A DNA stretch of 64,000 bases from Lama glama (lineage: Eukaryota): positions 5,208,001 through 5,272,000 of the forward strand of contig CM052845.1 of NCBI GenBank assembly GCA_028534125.1. Direction: 5' to 3'. The position numbers were made by a program, and so were the translations under genes. Shown here one piece after another: positions 51,626-63,441 of the stretch; positions within the stretch are counted from its first letter, which is position 1, and the number at the start of each line of letters is the position of its first letter. The notes beneath the pieces were generated by a model, which had not been told where the DNA came from, did no database searches, and saw only the letters and a list, made by a program, of their open reading frames with translations.

Positions 51626-54504
51626 ATCTGTCTTATGCTCCTTTGAGTCTAAGTTCGAGGTAAGTATTGAGTGATCAGTTCCAGAAAAGGGAAGGGGATT
51701 ATCTTCGATAGAAGCTGTCCTCAACTATCCCAGGGATCCACTGTTGCTATCGGGAGCCAGGAAGGCAACAGAAACTAGGAAACTCAGAGATGAAAGATCC
51801 TGATTAGGCCCAGGCACAGAACAGAGTGAGAGCAAAATTTCAGATGTTAAAGCAGGCAAACAAAAGGAATAATGGTCCCAGCACGTTGATCCACAGCAGC
51901 ATGAGGGAGGTGGCTGACTAAAACCAACTGAACAAGTGTGTAGGGGTCAAAGCTGATGCAAAGGGTGACGAGACAATGGGACAAGGGGAGGAAGAGTCGC
52001 AGGGGTGATCAGAGAGAAAACAAAAGCTCTTCCATGACTGCGGTACCGAAGAGCCTTTGAGAGGATACCTGTATTATGTGGATGAAAAACTCCTGCCTCT
52101 TGCAAACGAGAATGACAATACTCCACTGGCCTCTGTCTGCCCTAAACCTGGGTTTGAGCAAAACAGTCTCACAACTGGGGGAGCCTGCAAAGCCAGAACT
52201 TCCCATGCACCTCTAATGGACTCATAGTCACTGGGAAATAGAAGGATCTCAGTGCATTTCAAGAAAAGTGTGGAGCAAGTACAAAGGAGGCAAAGGAAAC
52301 GTTCAAAGGGTCTGTCAAATAGTTTGGGAAGTCTATCTTGTCTATTATTTGGATGACTTAATTAAATGAGAATGAGTTCGCTGGCTATCAAGAAGGAGAC
52401 ACATTTTTCCAGGTAAATGCATGATGTTCATTCCCACAAAAATACTTTAACTCCTGCCAAACATACACAGATATTGTATCCAAGGTATTTCAAGCAGCAC
52501 AGAGATGACAATGTTGAAAGAAAAGATTAAACCGACCGCCTATCATACAGAACTGATGTACCAGAGTGACTGCTCCTGTCAAACTGGGGTGGAATTAGGC
52601 AGATCTGCTCTCCTGTTTCCCTGCAGTGGCATGCCACAGCTGTCTCCTGAACGTGATCTCCAAAGGAAACCGTTAAGCTAGCTCAAGAATCATCAATCTG
52701 ACACTTCCTGCACACAGAAATCAAGGTTTAAACCATCATTCGTAACTAACGAGGGCCGGCGCAGTAGTCCACCGAGGATGAGGACTCTCACACGTGATTT
52801 AATAAACACATCTAGAGAGAGAATCTGTTGGGAGGAAAGCCAGCCAGATCTGGAAGCCAATACTGAAACAACAATGAAAAGAATAGTTCCAATCCCTGTT
52901 AAGCCAGAGCCATGAGAGACTCAGTTACATTTAAATCAAAATTCACCACAGCAGGGGTTTATCAGCTGTCCGGCCCTGAATGTAGGATGTTTTCTCTTGG
53001 AAGCTTAACTGATGTAGCCAAGGGAAACTGAGCTGTGTGCTGACGTGAGCTGGGCTAAGCTAGGGCCACGTGCCTGTCACCCGTGGTGTGGTTTGTGGCG
53101 GTTTCCACAAACCAAAGCTCCGGGAGTTTCATTAAGTCACTCTCTCACTCAATGCACTTACTGTGCTGAGAGTCAGGTGGCACCACAGGCAGATCGCAGC
53201 TCCTCAAGATTTTATAGAGTGGAGCAGCTGGAGGGCTGTGCAGAGCCATGAACGAGGCCATCGAGGATTCTTGGAGCAGCCACAGATTCTGATCTGAAGC
53301 CAAACTGTCCTAAGATCAGCTGGGTGTATCTCCATAGTACCTATAGGTAGGTGCTTATTCTGCAGGTCTCTAACCTACTCCATGAAGGAGAAATGGGCAC
53401 ACTCTCTCTGATTCACAGTTACGTGAAAAAGCAAGCAGGATGCTGGTGTCCCTTTTAGTTACCCACCGTTAACTAAATGCAAAAGGCATTAGAGAAGGTG
53501 GCATTTCTCCCCGAACAGACTAAATAGAGAGCAATTAGGACTTGGGAATCATGGCAAAGGACTACAAGGAGAAGCTGTTATTGCAGTGGTTGGTGGTTTC
53601 TATGTTAATAAGTTCTCCCTATAAAACAAAGGTGGTCGACATTTGCTAAGTGAATCAGGATGGCGCATGGTGCTTCATAGGAACATTAGCATCCATGCTG
53701 TCTCAGCAGGGCTGGGACGGAGTTCTTGATTCATGCTCATGCAGCGTTACTGCTGAATCACAGAACTGCAGGTCTTTAAGCAGAGGCCTCCCAGACTGCT
53801 CTTATTTCTGCATAATTCAAGATATAAAGACTGTTTATTGCTGCTAAACCATGTACAGCAGCCCAGGACAGAGAAATACCTCTATGCCTTCATTATGTTA
53901 ACTTAGAAATCACGCATTTCCTTTTCTGATGTGTTTTTCTTCTGTGTTTACTATTGCCTGATTGACTGCTGGCCTTCTCTCCCCCCAGCCCCAAACCCAT
54001 CTTCCTTCTTGATCCATTTGCTTCTTCTCCCAATTCGAGAAACCTTAAGCACAATATGAAAATTCTGTATTTGGAAAGAGTAAAGGATGTTTAAAAAAAA
54101 AAAAGTTAGGGGGAGGAGAGCGAGGAGGATAAAGACATTTTGTCAACAGTGTCTCTCCATCACATCAAAGTTTGTTCAAAGTCGTCACTGACACTGAGCA
54201 ACTCTGCCAAACCATCCCTGAAACTTAAACATAATGCAGATTCCAATGCTATCAAATGAGGGAGTTTCATTGTAACTGACAAACAGTAAGGCTCAGACCT
54301 GGAATCAGAGACAAGAACAAAAGAGTGGAAGAAAAGCAGCAGGCTTGCATGTGCACACACATGTTCACAAACCAGTACCTGGCCTCAACACTCTCAGCTG
54401 TATACCCACAAAACAAGACGGCGGGTGCGGTAAGGACAGGCTTGCTCTCCTACTCAGCTCGTGCTCAGTGTGCAACGTGCAACACATAAAGAAGCCTCTT
54501 CATC

Positions 54505-54880
54505 AGGTCGAGTTTAAGAGAACAGGCTCAGAAGCTAGGATGTCTGGATTCAATTATGGGCTTAATTATTCAGTAAGCTCCTCAATCATCTGAGCCTCAG
54601 TTTCCTTATTTATACAACTGGCATATGATTATCTCCTGCCTCAGAAAACTGTTGGGAAGATTCAAGGAACAGCACCTGGCCTTGAGTGCATATGCAATGA
54701 ATGCTACCTATACAGGAGTTTCTCCAAGAATTTACATATGGAATCAATAATTTTCTAAAACAGAGATATGGCTATATTTGCCTACCCACAAATGGTAGCT
54801 TTAAGGATCAAATAAGCAAATATATGTGAAAGTCTTAATAAATTTGAAAGTGATCATTTAAATTGAAGTTTATTAGTATA
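54505..54880 (+). mobile_element. MIR SINE followed by a second MIR 3' fragment
   Basis: TTTAAGAG.ACAGGCTC.GAAGC..TCTGGATTCAA..TCTGAGCCTCAGTTTCCTTATTTATA..AACAGCACCTGGC; later AGGATCAAATAAG..AATATATGTGAAAG. Confidence 0.8.
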
Positions 54881-55154
54881 TGTACAAAACAGCGGCTGTG
54901 TAAATATTCACCTGTTAAGTCACAGATGCTTTCCCAGACTATTCCCCAAAGCCTATGTGTTATCAGCTAAGGTGGGGGTTGGGAAGAGGGAGGGAGGAGG
55001 GGTGGGGTTGAAAAGGATACTTAAAGGTATAATTTGCATTTCCTATCCTAAAGGGAAATAGCTTGAGGAAATAAGGTCATAGAAAGCTATATATGAGGTA
55101 GGAAAAAACAAAAGAAAGAAAACAAACAAAAATGTTCAAAGCATTATGCTATAA

Positions 55155-55353
55155 TACAGGGATAGGGGAGTAAGACGGATTAACTGTCAGGTACAAAAGA
55201 AGCTACAGGATGTATCGCACAACACAGGGAATACAGCCTACATTTTACAGTAACTATAAACGGAGTATAACCTTTAAACATTGTGAATCACTCTATTGTA
55301 CACCTGTAACTTACATAATATTGTACAGCAACTATACATCAATTTTAAAATTA
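55155..55353 (+). mobile_element. 5'-truncated L1 3' end (L1MA9-like/laurasiatherian) with TSD
   Basis: ACAACACAGGGAATA.AGCC..ATTTTA.AGTAACTATAAA..GTGAATCACT.TATTGTACACCTGTAACTTA.ATAATATTGTACA.CAACTATAC; TSD AAAGCATTATG at 55138-48 and 55354-64. Confidence 0.92.
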
Positions 55354-56787
55354 AAAGCATTATGAAATAAAAGTGATCAGAAGGAGGAAGAAAATGTCCT
55401 TACTTGAGCAGTCCGCACCAACTAAATTAAGTATTTCTAAGAAAGAAAAGTCAGTGTCAGCTGAGATGGCCAGGGAAGAAGTGAAGGACTGGTTGGGTTA
55501 AAACAGACCCTCCCAGACAGTGACAACTACAGGTAGATGGTAGATGTCAAGGACATCCCAGACAAAGGGAAATGGGGAGGACACAGGGACAGGATTGTAA
55601 ATAATACACGCAGAGAGAAGCACTTGGAAAGAAAGAAGGCTACGCGTGTGGAGCTGACCTAGCAGAATGCAGGGAACAGGAAGAGGGAGGAAAGACCAGT
55701 AACTAAACAACCTTTATCATCTCATCTTGGGCCTCTACCCTTGGGTTTGAAAACTGTAATTCATTCCTCCATGTTTTACCCCCCAGCTCAGCCTCCAGGA
55801 ATATAGAAGAAGAACAAAAATACAAATTAGGAGCTTTAGATGACTTCTACCATTTTCTTCCTCAGTAAGGACACAGAGCTTCCCAGATAAGGATGTGGTA
55901 AAATTCAGTCCGTTAATAAGATTTACTTAAGGACCAGTATTAATGATGAGGGTATTTGGGCTGTAGACATTGACTTTTTAAGTAACTTATATTAACCTCA
56001 TTTTCCCATCTCTCTTATGATAGCAAATTTCTTTTTTGCAGGGATGTTTTTAGAGAAGTAATTTACTGGCACTTAATTACTAGTATTTAACCAATTCAAC
56101 ATTCCCTTTTCTTAAGAGTCCATTAGGTTTCTATTACAATATTATACATTCCAATCAAATGTCGCTTTCTGCAAAGGTCCTCATTGTCGGTCTCCTCAAA
56201 GCAAAGTATATGGGGACTATGAGACAATCTTTCGGCTTTGGCTGCACCAAATCAGATTAATTATTTATACCTGAGGTCTGCTGCTTCAGAACTTGGGCAT
56301 CTCCACATCTCTCTAGTGGATTATTAAGAGTCTTAGTTTTTAAATACACTCTTCATTTCATAGTCTGTTTGACTGAGGTTAAACACAATAGTCTAGTGAT
56401 TCTTGTATTAAACAGTTCAATGTCGTAACAGTCTCTCCTGGGTTTTAAGGCAATGAACACATTTGAAACAAATGAAACTTTCATTAAGAATACCCTCACA
56501 GGGGAGAAGGGGACAGGGCTTCTGACTTGAAAACTGTCTGGCACCAGTCTGGGCAGAATGATTAACACAAGTCGGACAGTATGCAGAGTCTACTGTTTAT
56601 ACAAGAGGAATAATTAGAGATAAGAAAAGGGGTCTTAGGGGTTTCCTAGTCTCCTTCCTTATTTTAAAGAGAAAGAGATCAGCAGCCCACAAACAGCCTT
56701 TAGCTTAGAGTGACTTGCTTTGTCCCAATGGCCACGTGCAGATGTTGGTCAAAGGCATCCTTGAAGTAGTAAGACAGGGCACATCAC

Positions 56788-57282
56788 TGTAACACTCAAG
56801 ATTCTTGATTGCAAGCAACAAACTGCACTGGTTTGTTTATGAAGGGAAGGACTTTATTAAAGAATACTGGCAGTGCCTAGAACCTCCAGGAGGGTCAAAG
56901 ACCTAGACCAGGCTGCCAAGTAGCCAGGGACAACATCCAGCCACACTAGAGGGAAAGGGAGGGTCACTTGGTGACACCCTCACAGTTCAAAAAAAACCAT
57001 GACAATGACACAGCTTATAACCATGAGACTTGGGAGAGAAGCCAGTTCTCCTGGCTGCCCCTAAGAGCTGGGCATCTCTGCCACCTTCCTCTTGAGAAGG
57101 ATTTCCGTTCAAGGACCATCTAACGTTACTCACCTCTCCAACCCTCTTTGGGTGAGAACACCTGACTCATGGGGCCTAATCGCAAAGACGACTAGCACAC
57201 CAGTTTTTTAGCTTTCACTTAGGGACTTAAGACTTAAAAAGAAATTGCCTCAACATTAGAAAACATGACAAATGTCTACCAA
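56788..57282 (-). mobile_element. old MaLR LTR (MLT1L/MLT1N-like)
   Basis: CAAGATTCTTGATTGCAAGCAACA.A..TTTATTAAAGAATA.TGG (reverse MLT1 3' end); ends ACAAATGTCTACCA. Confidence 0.7.
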
Positions 57283-58484
57283 GTCTACCAAGATTAACAG
57301 AGCTTCTTAAGAAAACCTTGATTTCCACATGGGCATTTGCAAGGAGAATGATCTCTTTCCCCTAAACTCCCCTCCACCCACCCCTAATAATCTGGCCTCT
57401 AACATCTGTGTGGCTCCGCACACTTTATAGAACAGATAACCCATTCTTTCATTCCGCTCCTGGAACCTCTCCTTGTTATACAAGCATTCTGACCTAGTGA
57501 TCAGTCAATGTCACTTGGTGGCCAGCAGAAAGAAGGGAACCTTCTCCAAGCTCACACTGCACGACCAAGGCTCTAGACCTTCCTGAGCTTCCTAAATCCA
57601 GCACGGTCTTGACTTCTTGGTGAGAAAAGCACAAGAAGACTGCCAAGCAGGCAGGGGCTCAAGGCTAGGATCACTTGGTTGCTGGGCTTTGGGCCTTAAT
57701 TCTCAGACACTGAATTACTTTGAGGAGGCTGTTTGCCTTGATGTGAGCAGAATTAGCCTTCGACACGAAGTCTTTATGGCAAGTTTTACTATCCTGGGCA
57801 AATATAACCTGTTAAGATTTACAGGCTTTATTAACAGCAATAACCATTTTACAGCCAACATCAGTAAATCAGGGTTTATTGAGATCTCTACAAGTTTAAT
57901 CTGTGGAAAACCATTAAAACGTTGGATTTTCATTGGACGTAACTTCCAACTTTTATGAAAGATAGATTTTCCATTTAATTGGGGAGTATAAAAAAGTGCA
58001 GTGTGGAATAATGAATTGTTTTGAAAAGCGCAAATTGGTTTCAGCTAAACTAAACAACGGTGTCAAACACTAAAGTTGCCACCTTTAGTGAATTACCCCA
58101 AGGTAAAGGGTAAAAGCAAGTGTAGTGACAAATACGTCCTCATACATCTGGTGAGAGGATGAGCTCACGGCGTTTAGAAAAGCTTGAATTATCATCTGTT
58201 CACATTTCAGGTATTTCGGAAAAAACTGTAGGACCAATTATTTCATCGAAACCAGTGTCTAAATAAGTCTGGTGAGAATCTTCAAGTTCATATACCATTT
58301 TTTTCAAAAGTGTTTTTGGTAACAATAATACCATTCATAAGAATCTTCCATGGGGTAAGGAAGGTGAACACTGACAGTCACCAGCTTCTGTAAACACCCA
58401 GTTACTTCCTCCACGTGCCAGATTATAAGGGAGGAAGGCAGGAAGCTTCTTGGTGCCTCTGTCCTTTGATGAACTTGAAAGGCA

Positions 58485-58640
58485 AGAACAACAGGCACAA
58501 TGGGGAGGCAGAGCGACTAAGGACTCTGAGGTTCAAGGTGGGTGGTGTTCCTGCAGGTCATAGCATCAGGAAATGCTAGTCAGGGTCAAATCCAAGTCCG
58601 TTTGACTCCAAAGTTCATTCTTTCTCCCTCCAGTGCTATA
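58485..58640 (-). mobile_element. MIR SINE fragment
   Basis: CTCTGAGGTTCAAG..AGGTCATAGC..TCAAATCCAAGTC.GTTTGACTCCAAAGTTCAT.CTTT. Confidence 0.65.
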
Positions 58641-59289
58641 GGAACAATCCTCAGTTCTCCTTCTACTATTTCCAGATCCCACTGCTGTATCCCAGGAGAG
58701 ACCCCTATGATTTCGGTATCAGTATACACTTATCAGAATATATCCAGAGCCCTTCATGACAATGAGATCTGTTGGGGCCATGACCAAATGTAGGAAAAAG
58801 TGTAATGAGGGTAGAGATTACCCTGACCTCTCATCTCCCCTTTCCTATGCCCCCTTTCTTCCCCTCTAAGGCCTCCTCCCTCTAATTTTAGACATTCAGT
58901 ACCTCCTGTTTCCTACAATAGCATCCAACCCAGGCTCCTGGCCCCTTGGGAACACAGGGGCTCCAGGGATGCTCTGCTCCAGGCTCCCTGTTACCCTCAG
59001 TCCCCCAAACCTCTACTCTCTCAGTGTTCTGTCCTTGGTTTTATCACTGGATTATCTATTTCAAACAAAGAAACACAGAATTTATAGCAGATTTAGGATT
59101 AGCACATTAGCTAGGAGAGATTTTAATTTAAAAAAAACAAACTCTAATTCTAAAGGAGAAATAACATGCAACAGAGAGAGCAGATACTCTACCACTGGCC
59201 TAGGGGCTCCCAAGCTTCAAAAAGGCTTTGGGGAAAAGTAATCAAACCCACAGTCTCACTGCAAGGAAACAAAAACTATTAGAGAAAGG

Positions 59290-59495
59290 AAAGATCTGAG
59301 CTTTAAGGTTAGGTTGGCTTCCTGGTGATCTCAGAGCCTGGACAAGTTCTTGTAAGATGGACATGAAAATACTGATAGCTTTCTAGCATCTCATAGCAGT
59401 CTTCTGCTAATTAAATGAAATAATATTGGGGGGGCAACTACTCAACACAGTGCCTGGCACATGGAGACACCCCACAAATGGTAGCTCTTTCTATT
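59290..59495 (+). mobile_element. MIR SINE fragment
   Basis: CTCATAG..ATTAAATGAAATAAT..ACTCAACACAGTGCCTGGCACAT..AAATGGTAGCT. Confidence 0.65.
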
Positions 59496-60485
59496 CTTAC
59501 ACAAACCACCTTCTCTGGTCATAGAGATGAGTTCGTTGCCCAGAAAGTTCTACCTTGCAGAGAGAAGACGATTGTTTAAGTCTTGTGAAGACGAGACTTG
59601 CCCTCCAGGTTCCTTTCAACATGTCAAGGAGAAGACCCCTTATGCCACTGCAGAACAAAACCAGCTGATACATCAGTGGCCCTGAAAATCCCTTCCAGGG
59701 ATGACCCCTTTGGGCCCCACAGTAGGTGGGCAGGAAGGTGGAGAGGGTGCAACACAGCCTGCTCAGGGAAGGTAACTCTGACCGATAATATTTCACAGTG
59801 ACAATTACAATACTGATCAATTTCCAAGCACAGTTCCCAGTTATTGCCACACCGAAGAGTCATTAACTCTACAATCTTCGCATGACTATGAATCAGTGAG
59901 CACAAAAACACTCTCCTTGAGATCTGAAGACCCCATGACAGGCACTGGCAGACATCTCCACCCTGGGAGACCCCGACAGGGGAAGGTATGAACACTTTCA
60001 CTTTCCTTCCCTATCTGTGTATCTCTCACCTTTCTACCTCCCCTTCAACGAAAACACAGATAGTGGTGGTGATAACCACTGTGTAAGCTAGTGCTGAAAC
60101 CAAAAGAGCTGTAAATATTGGAGGCAGCATCCAACTCATAAATAAGTGAAATTTCAAAGTACCACAAGTATTTGGAACCGGGATACTCTCCCACCTTAAG
60201 ATGATGCTATAAAAGCTTGTTTGGGCCCCATAATAGCCATTAACCCACAGAGGAGCTGGAACACACTCCCTGTTCATCTATAATACAAAATGTAGAAAAC
60301 AAAGGTTCCCCTGCTCCCTGCTCTCAGCTCAGAATTTCTGTGTTAAACCATCCTGCAGCCCAGCTGCTTCTTGAAATGGCCCACTACTTACTTTTAGCCA
60401 GCCTGGCTCTGAAATTTATTCCTAATAACACCTACATTATTAAAAGTAGGAGTGATATGATATCAAATCATGGAGAATGGGAAGG

Positions 60486-60938
60486 GTACTGAGTTCAAGA
60501 GCACTGTCCGCCCCAATTTCATGCCCACATGTAACCTGTGCACGTGACCTTATTTGGAAACAGGGTCACTGCAGGTGTACTGTGACCCAGACTCTTAACG
60601 CAAGGGCTTACTGGATTGAAATTGGCCCCAATATAATGACTTGTGTCCTTATAAGAGGGAAGTTCAGACACACAGAGATACAGAGAGAAGAACATCATGT
60701 GAAGACAGAGGCAGAGACTGGAGTAACGTGTCCACAAGCCACGGACATCAAGGATTGCCAGGAACCACTAAGAGAGAAGCATGGAACAGATGCTTTCTCA
60801 GAGTCTCCAGGAAAACTAGCCCTGCCTGCACCCCGATTTCAGACTTCTAGCCTCCAGAACTGTGAGAGAATCCACTTTGCTGTTTTCAGCCACCCAGTAA
60901 GTAGTAGTTTGTCACAGCAGTCCCAGGAGACTTCTAGA
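60486..60938 (+). mobile_element. MaLR solo LTR (MLT1C-like)
   Basis: GTGACCTTATTTGGAAA.AGGGTC..TGCAG, AATGACT.GTGTCCTTATAAGA, ATGTGAAGACAGAGGCAGAGA.TGGAGT, ATTTCAGACTTCTAGCCTCCAGAACTGTGAGAGAAT, AGCCACCCAGT..TTTGTCACAGCAG. Confidence 0.93.
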
Positions 60939-61489
60939 GCAAGTGTATGCCTACAGTGTGGAAATCTGGAGGGAGGGAAGGTACCAGAAAAGAAAATACA
61001 CTTTCTTACTGATAGGCCTGTATTGTGTTCCCTCCTCTCCTGATCGACAATGCTCCCAAATATTTGTTTCACTGACATCACTGTGTGTGGCTACTGGAAG
61101 TTTTTCACATCCTGTTCTGCTTTTGGGGTTATGGCTGGGAAGCCCATCGGATGCAAATAAAGATGGAAAGTGAATTGAGTCCACAGGCACCACGCATCTG
61201 CCTTCAAGAAAAGAGAGCTGGGGCAAGAAAGTGGAGGAACGTCCAGCAATGTGCTTCTGAGCTTCAGCCCAAGTTCAGCCTTCCCCAAGCACAGCTAGGA
61301 ATGCTGCTAACTTCCTAGAGGCTCACCTGTTCTCCAACGGGAATCCTCTCTACCAACCATGGCCCTGAAGAGCCTCCAAGTCCTTCTAATTCCTAAATCC
61401 CTGCCATCTCTGGGAAGATGGTTTGGTGTGAATGTGGGCATGCATGTGTACACACTCATGAGGCATTCATTCACCATGATACATCTTCC

Positions 61490-61615
61490 CCCGTGGCTGT
61501 GACCTTCCCAGACTGTGTCTTCTTTACTCTTCTCTCCTTTGTTCTTTATTTTCACTTATGTCTTCAAAGAGCAGATGGAGAATGTCTTATTCATTTTCTA
61601 GTACCCAGAATGGGA
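61490..61615 (+). mobile_element. L2 near-3' fragment
   Basis: TGACCTTCCCAGAC..TCTTCAAAGAGCAG..ATGTCTTATTCATTTT..GTACCCAG. Confidence 0.45.
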
Positions 61616-61715
61616 GAAAAAAACAAACAAAAAGAGTCTAGTGGATTTTACAGTTCTTGTCTGGGGCTAGTCCTAGTATAACCTCAAATATTCAGAAACG
61701 TTCAGGAAATTACCT

Positions 61716-62280
61716 TTCATTCACATTCAACAAACATTTATTCAGTGCCTGGAAGCAAGCAGCACTGTTTTACATTCTGGGGATAAAGTGATAAAAAGTT
61801 AAAGAAAATTTCCCTCATGGAGCTTAAATTTCAGTAGAGTAGACAGAAAATAAGCCAAATAACTACAGTATGTTTGTGATAAGAGCTATGGAGTTAATGC
61901 AAAGTAGAGAAAGGGGCTTGAAAGCATATGTATAGGGGAGGGGAGTGACATTTTCATCAGAGTACCCCAAGCAGGCCTCACTGAGCAGGTGATATTTGAA
62001 CAAGCCCTGAAGGAAGGGATGAGGCAATGTAAGAGCTCGGGAAGAGTGTTTCAGCAGAGGGGCCAGCATGTGCAAAGGCCCTGAGGCAGGTGCATGGCTG
62101 GTGAACCTGAAAACGAACGAGGAGGCCAGTGTGGCTAGAGCAGGGTCTGAAACTGAGCAGCAGAAGAGGTGGTCAGAGGCAACAGCAGCCTAGATTATTA
62201 TGGACCACATAAAGCATCAAAATAAAATAGACGTTTACTTCGAATGCTTTGGGGAACTTTTGGAAGACCGAACAGAGTTA
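61716..62280 (-). mobile_element. L2a 3' end
   Basis: TTCATTCACATTCAACAAACATTTATTCAGTGCCT..CCCTCATGGAGCTTA..GGCCTCACTGAG.AGGTGA.ATTTGAACA..AGCATGTGCAAAGGCCCTGAGGCAGG..GGAGGCCAGTGTGGCTAGAG. Confidence 0.93.
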
Positions 62281-62284
62281 TCCC

Positions 62285-62410
62285 TTAAATGGGTGCAAGA
62301 CCTTCGGCAGGTCATTGATCTAAGCGTCAGTTTTCTTGCCTCTAAAATGTAAAGGCTGTGCCAGGTAGATATCTAAGTTCTCTTCCCGCTGTAAAAATTG
62401 ATTTCTAGAC
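62285..62410 (+). mobile_element. MIR3-like SINE fragment
   Basis: GACCTT.GGCAGGTCA..TCAGTTTTCTT..CT.TAAAATG..AGATATCTAAG.TC.CTTCC.GCT.TAAAA. Confidence 0.65.
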
Positions 62411-63286
62411 ATCTAGAGAATGTTAGGTTCCCACAGGACACCTAATAAAACCATGACCTTCATTCCTTCTTCACGCCTCTCAGGGGCTGCTGAAATTGAT
62501 GGAGTGACCCAGCACGGGCTTGGAAGGAAACTGGGCTGTACACACAGCCAGCATGAAACAGGCGGGACATTCTGATGCATGAAACATTTGTAAGTCGGGA
62601 TTTAGAGAGATGGGGTGACTACAGAAAACTTCTGATACCCAAGTTAGAATCCCAGGAGCACATGGGGTGTCCTAAATAAGACTGACACATTCACCTGAGC
62701 ACTGAACACCCTGCTGTCGGTCCCCCTGCTCAAGAACCCAGGACCCACTCCACGCGGAACAAGGTGGCGGCCAAAGGAGAGCAAGTATCTTTCTGCTTCA
62801 CATTCAATAAAAATCCAAAAATAAGCATTTTCCTTTCTCATCATTTGACATCATGCATGAATGTTCACTTTAATTTTCAAGCCCGTTTACTTCATTTCGG
62901 GAATCATTTGCGCTTTGAGTAGTGGCCACCCAGCAAGCCTCCCGCCTAAACGTGCCAGTGCGGACGGTTTCTTGTTCCCTGTGCTACTTGCTGCTCCTCT
63001 GTTCTTCCAGCTGCAAAATCCCACAGCAATTTTAGTTAAACTGCGAGTTAAAGGTTCCTGTTGATTTTAATATATCTACTCCTCCACGAATAAGCTGTGG
63101 CTCTAAGGACAGTTTTCCAGCTTCCCAGAGAAGAGTCACAATTGGATGATCTACTGTGATCTCAAGCCTAGTTTTATAAATTCAGGATTGTACCAAGTAT
63201 TCCTTGTACTTCTGAGTTCCCTGCCACGCTGCCTTAACAACTGTAGTACTGGTCTATCAGAACCTCATTCAAAAGTCATTGAAAGA

Positions 63287-63441
63287 AGGTGGCGGGTACA
63301 GCTCAGTAGTAGAGTGCATGCTTGATGTGCAGGAGGTCCTGGGTTCAATCCCCGGTTCTTCCATTAGAGGAAAAAAATAAAATGAAAAACAAACAAATAA
63401 ATAAATAAAAATAAAAGGGTTGGAGGGTAGTCTGAAAAAAA
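63287..63441 (+). mobile_element. camelid tRNA(Ala)-derived SINE (vic-1 type) with bipartite tail
   Basis: GGGTACAGCTCAGTAGTAGAGTGCATGCTT..GAGGTCCTGGGTTCAATCCCCGGT; 16-bp TSD AAAAGTCATTGAAAGA (63271-86)/AAAAGTGACTGAAAGA (63442-57). Confidence 0.93.

Noticed and set aside
53338-53349. 12-bp palindrome TACCTATAGGTA
   Set aside because: Palindromes of this length are expected many times by chance in 64 kb.
55404-55436. 33-nt minus-strand exon candidate (ILNLVGADCS)
   Set aside because: Phase 1-1 with no recognisable homology; illustrates how often such splice pairs arise by chance.
61490-61790. Tail-to-tail L2 pair as a miR-28/miR-151-type hairpin
   Set aside because: The + copy lacks its terminal segment and about 100 bp separate the two; I see no extended complementarity.
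26340-63365. tRNA-Ala genes at 26340, 34820, 35405, 48810 and 63290
   Set aside because: A-rich tails, TSDs, mismatched stems and no oligo-T terminator mark them as SINE copies.
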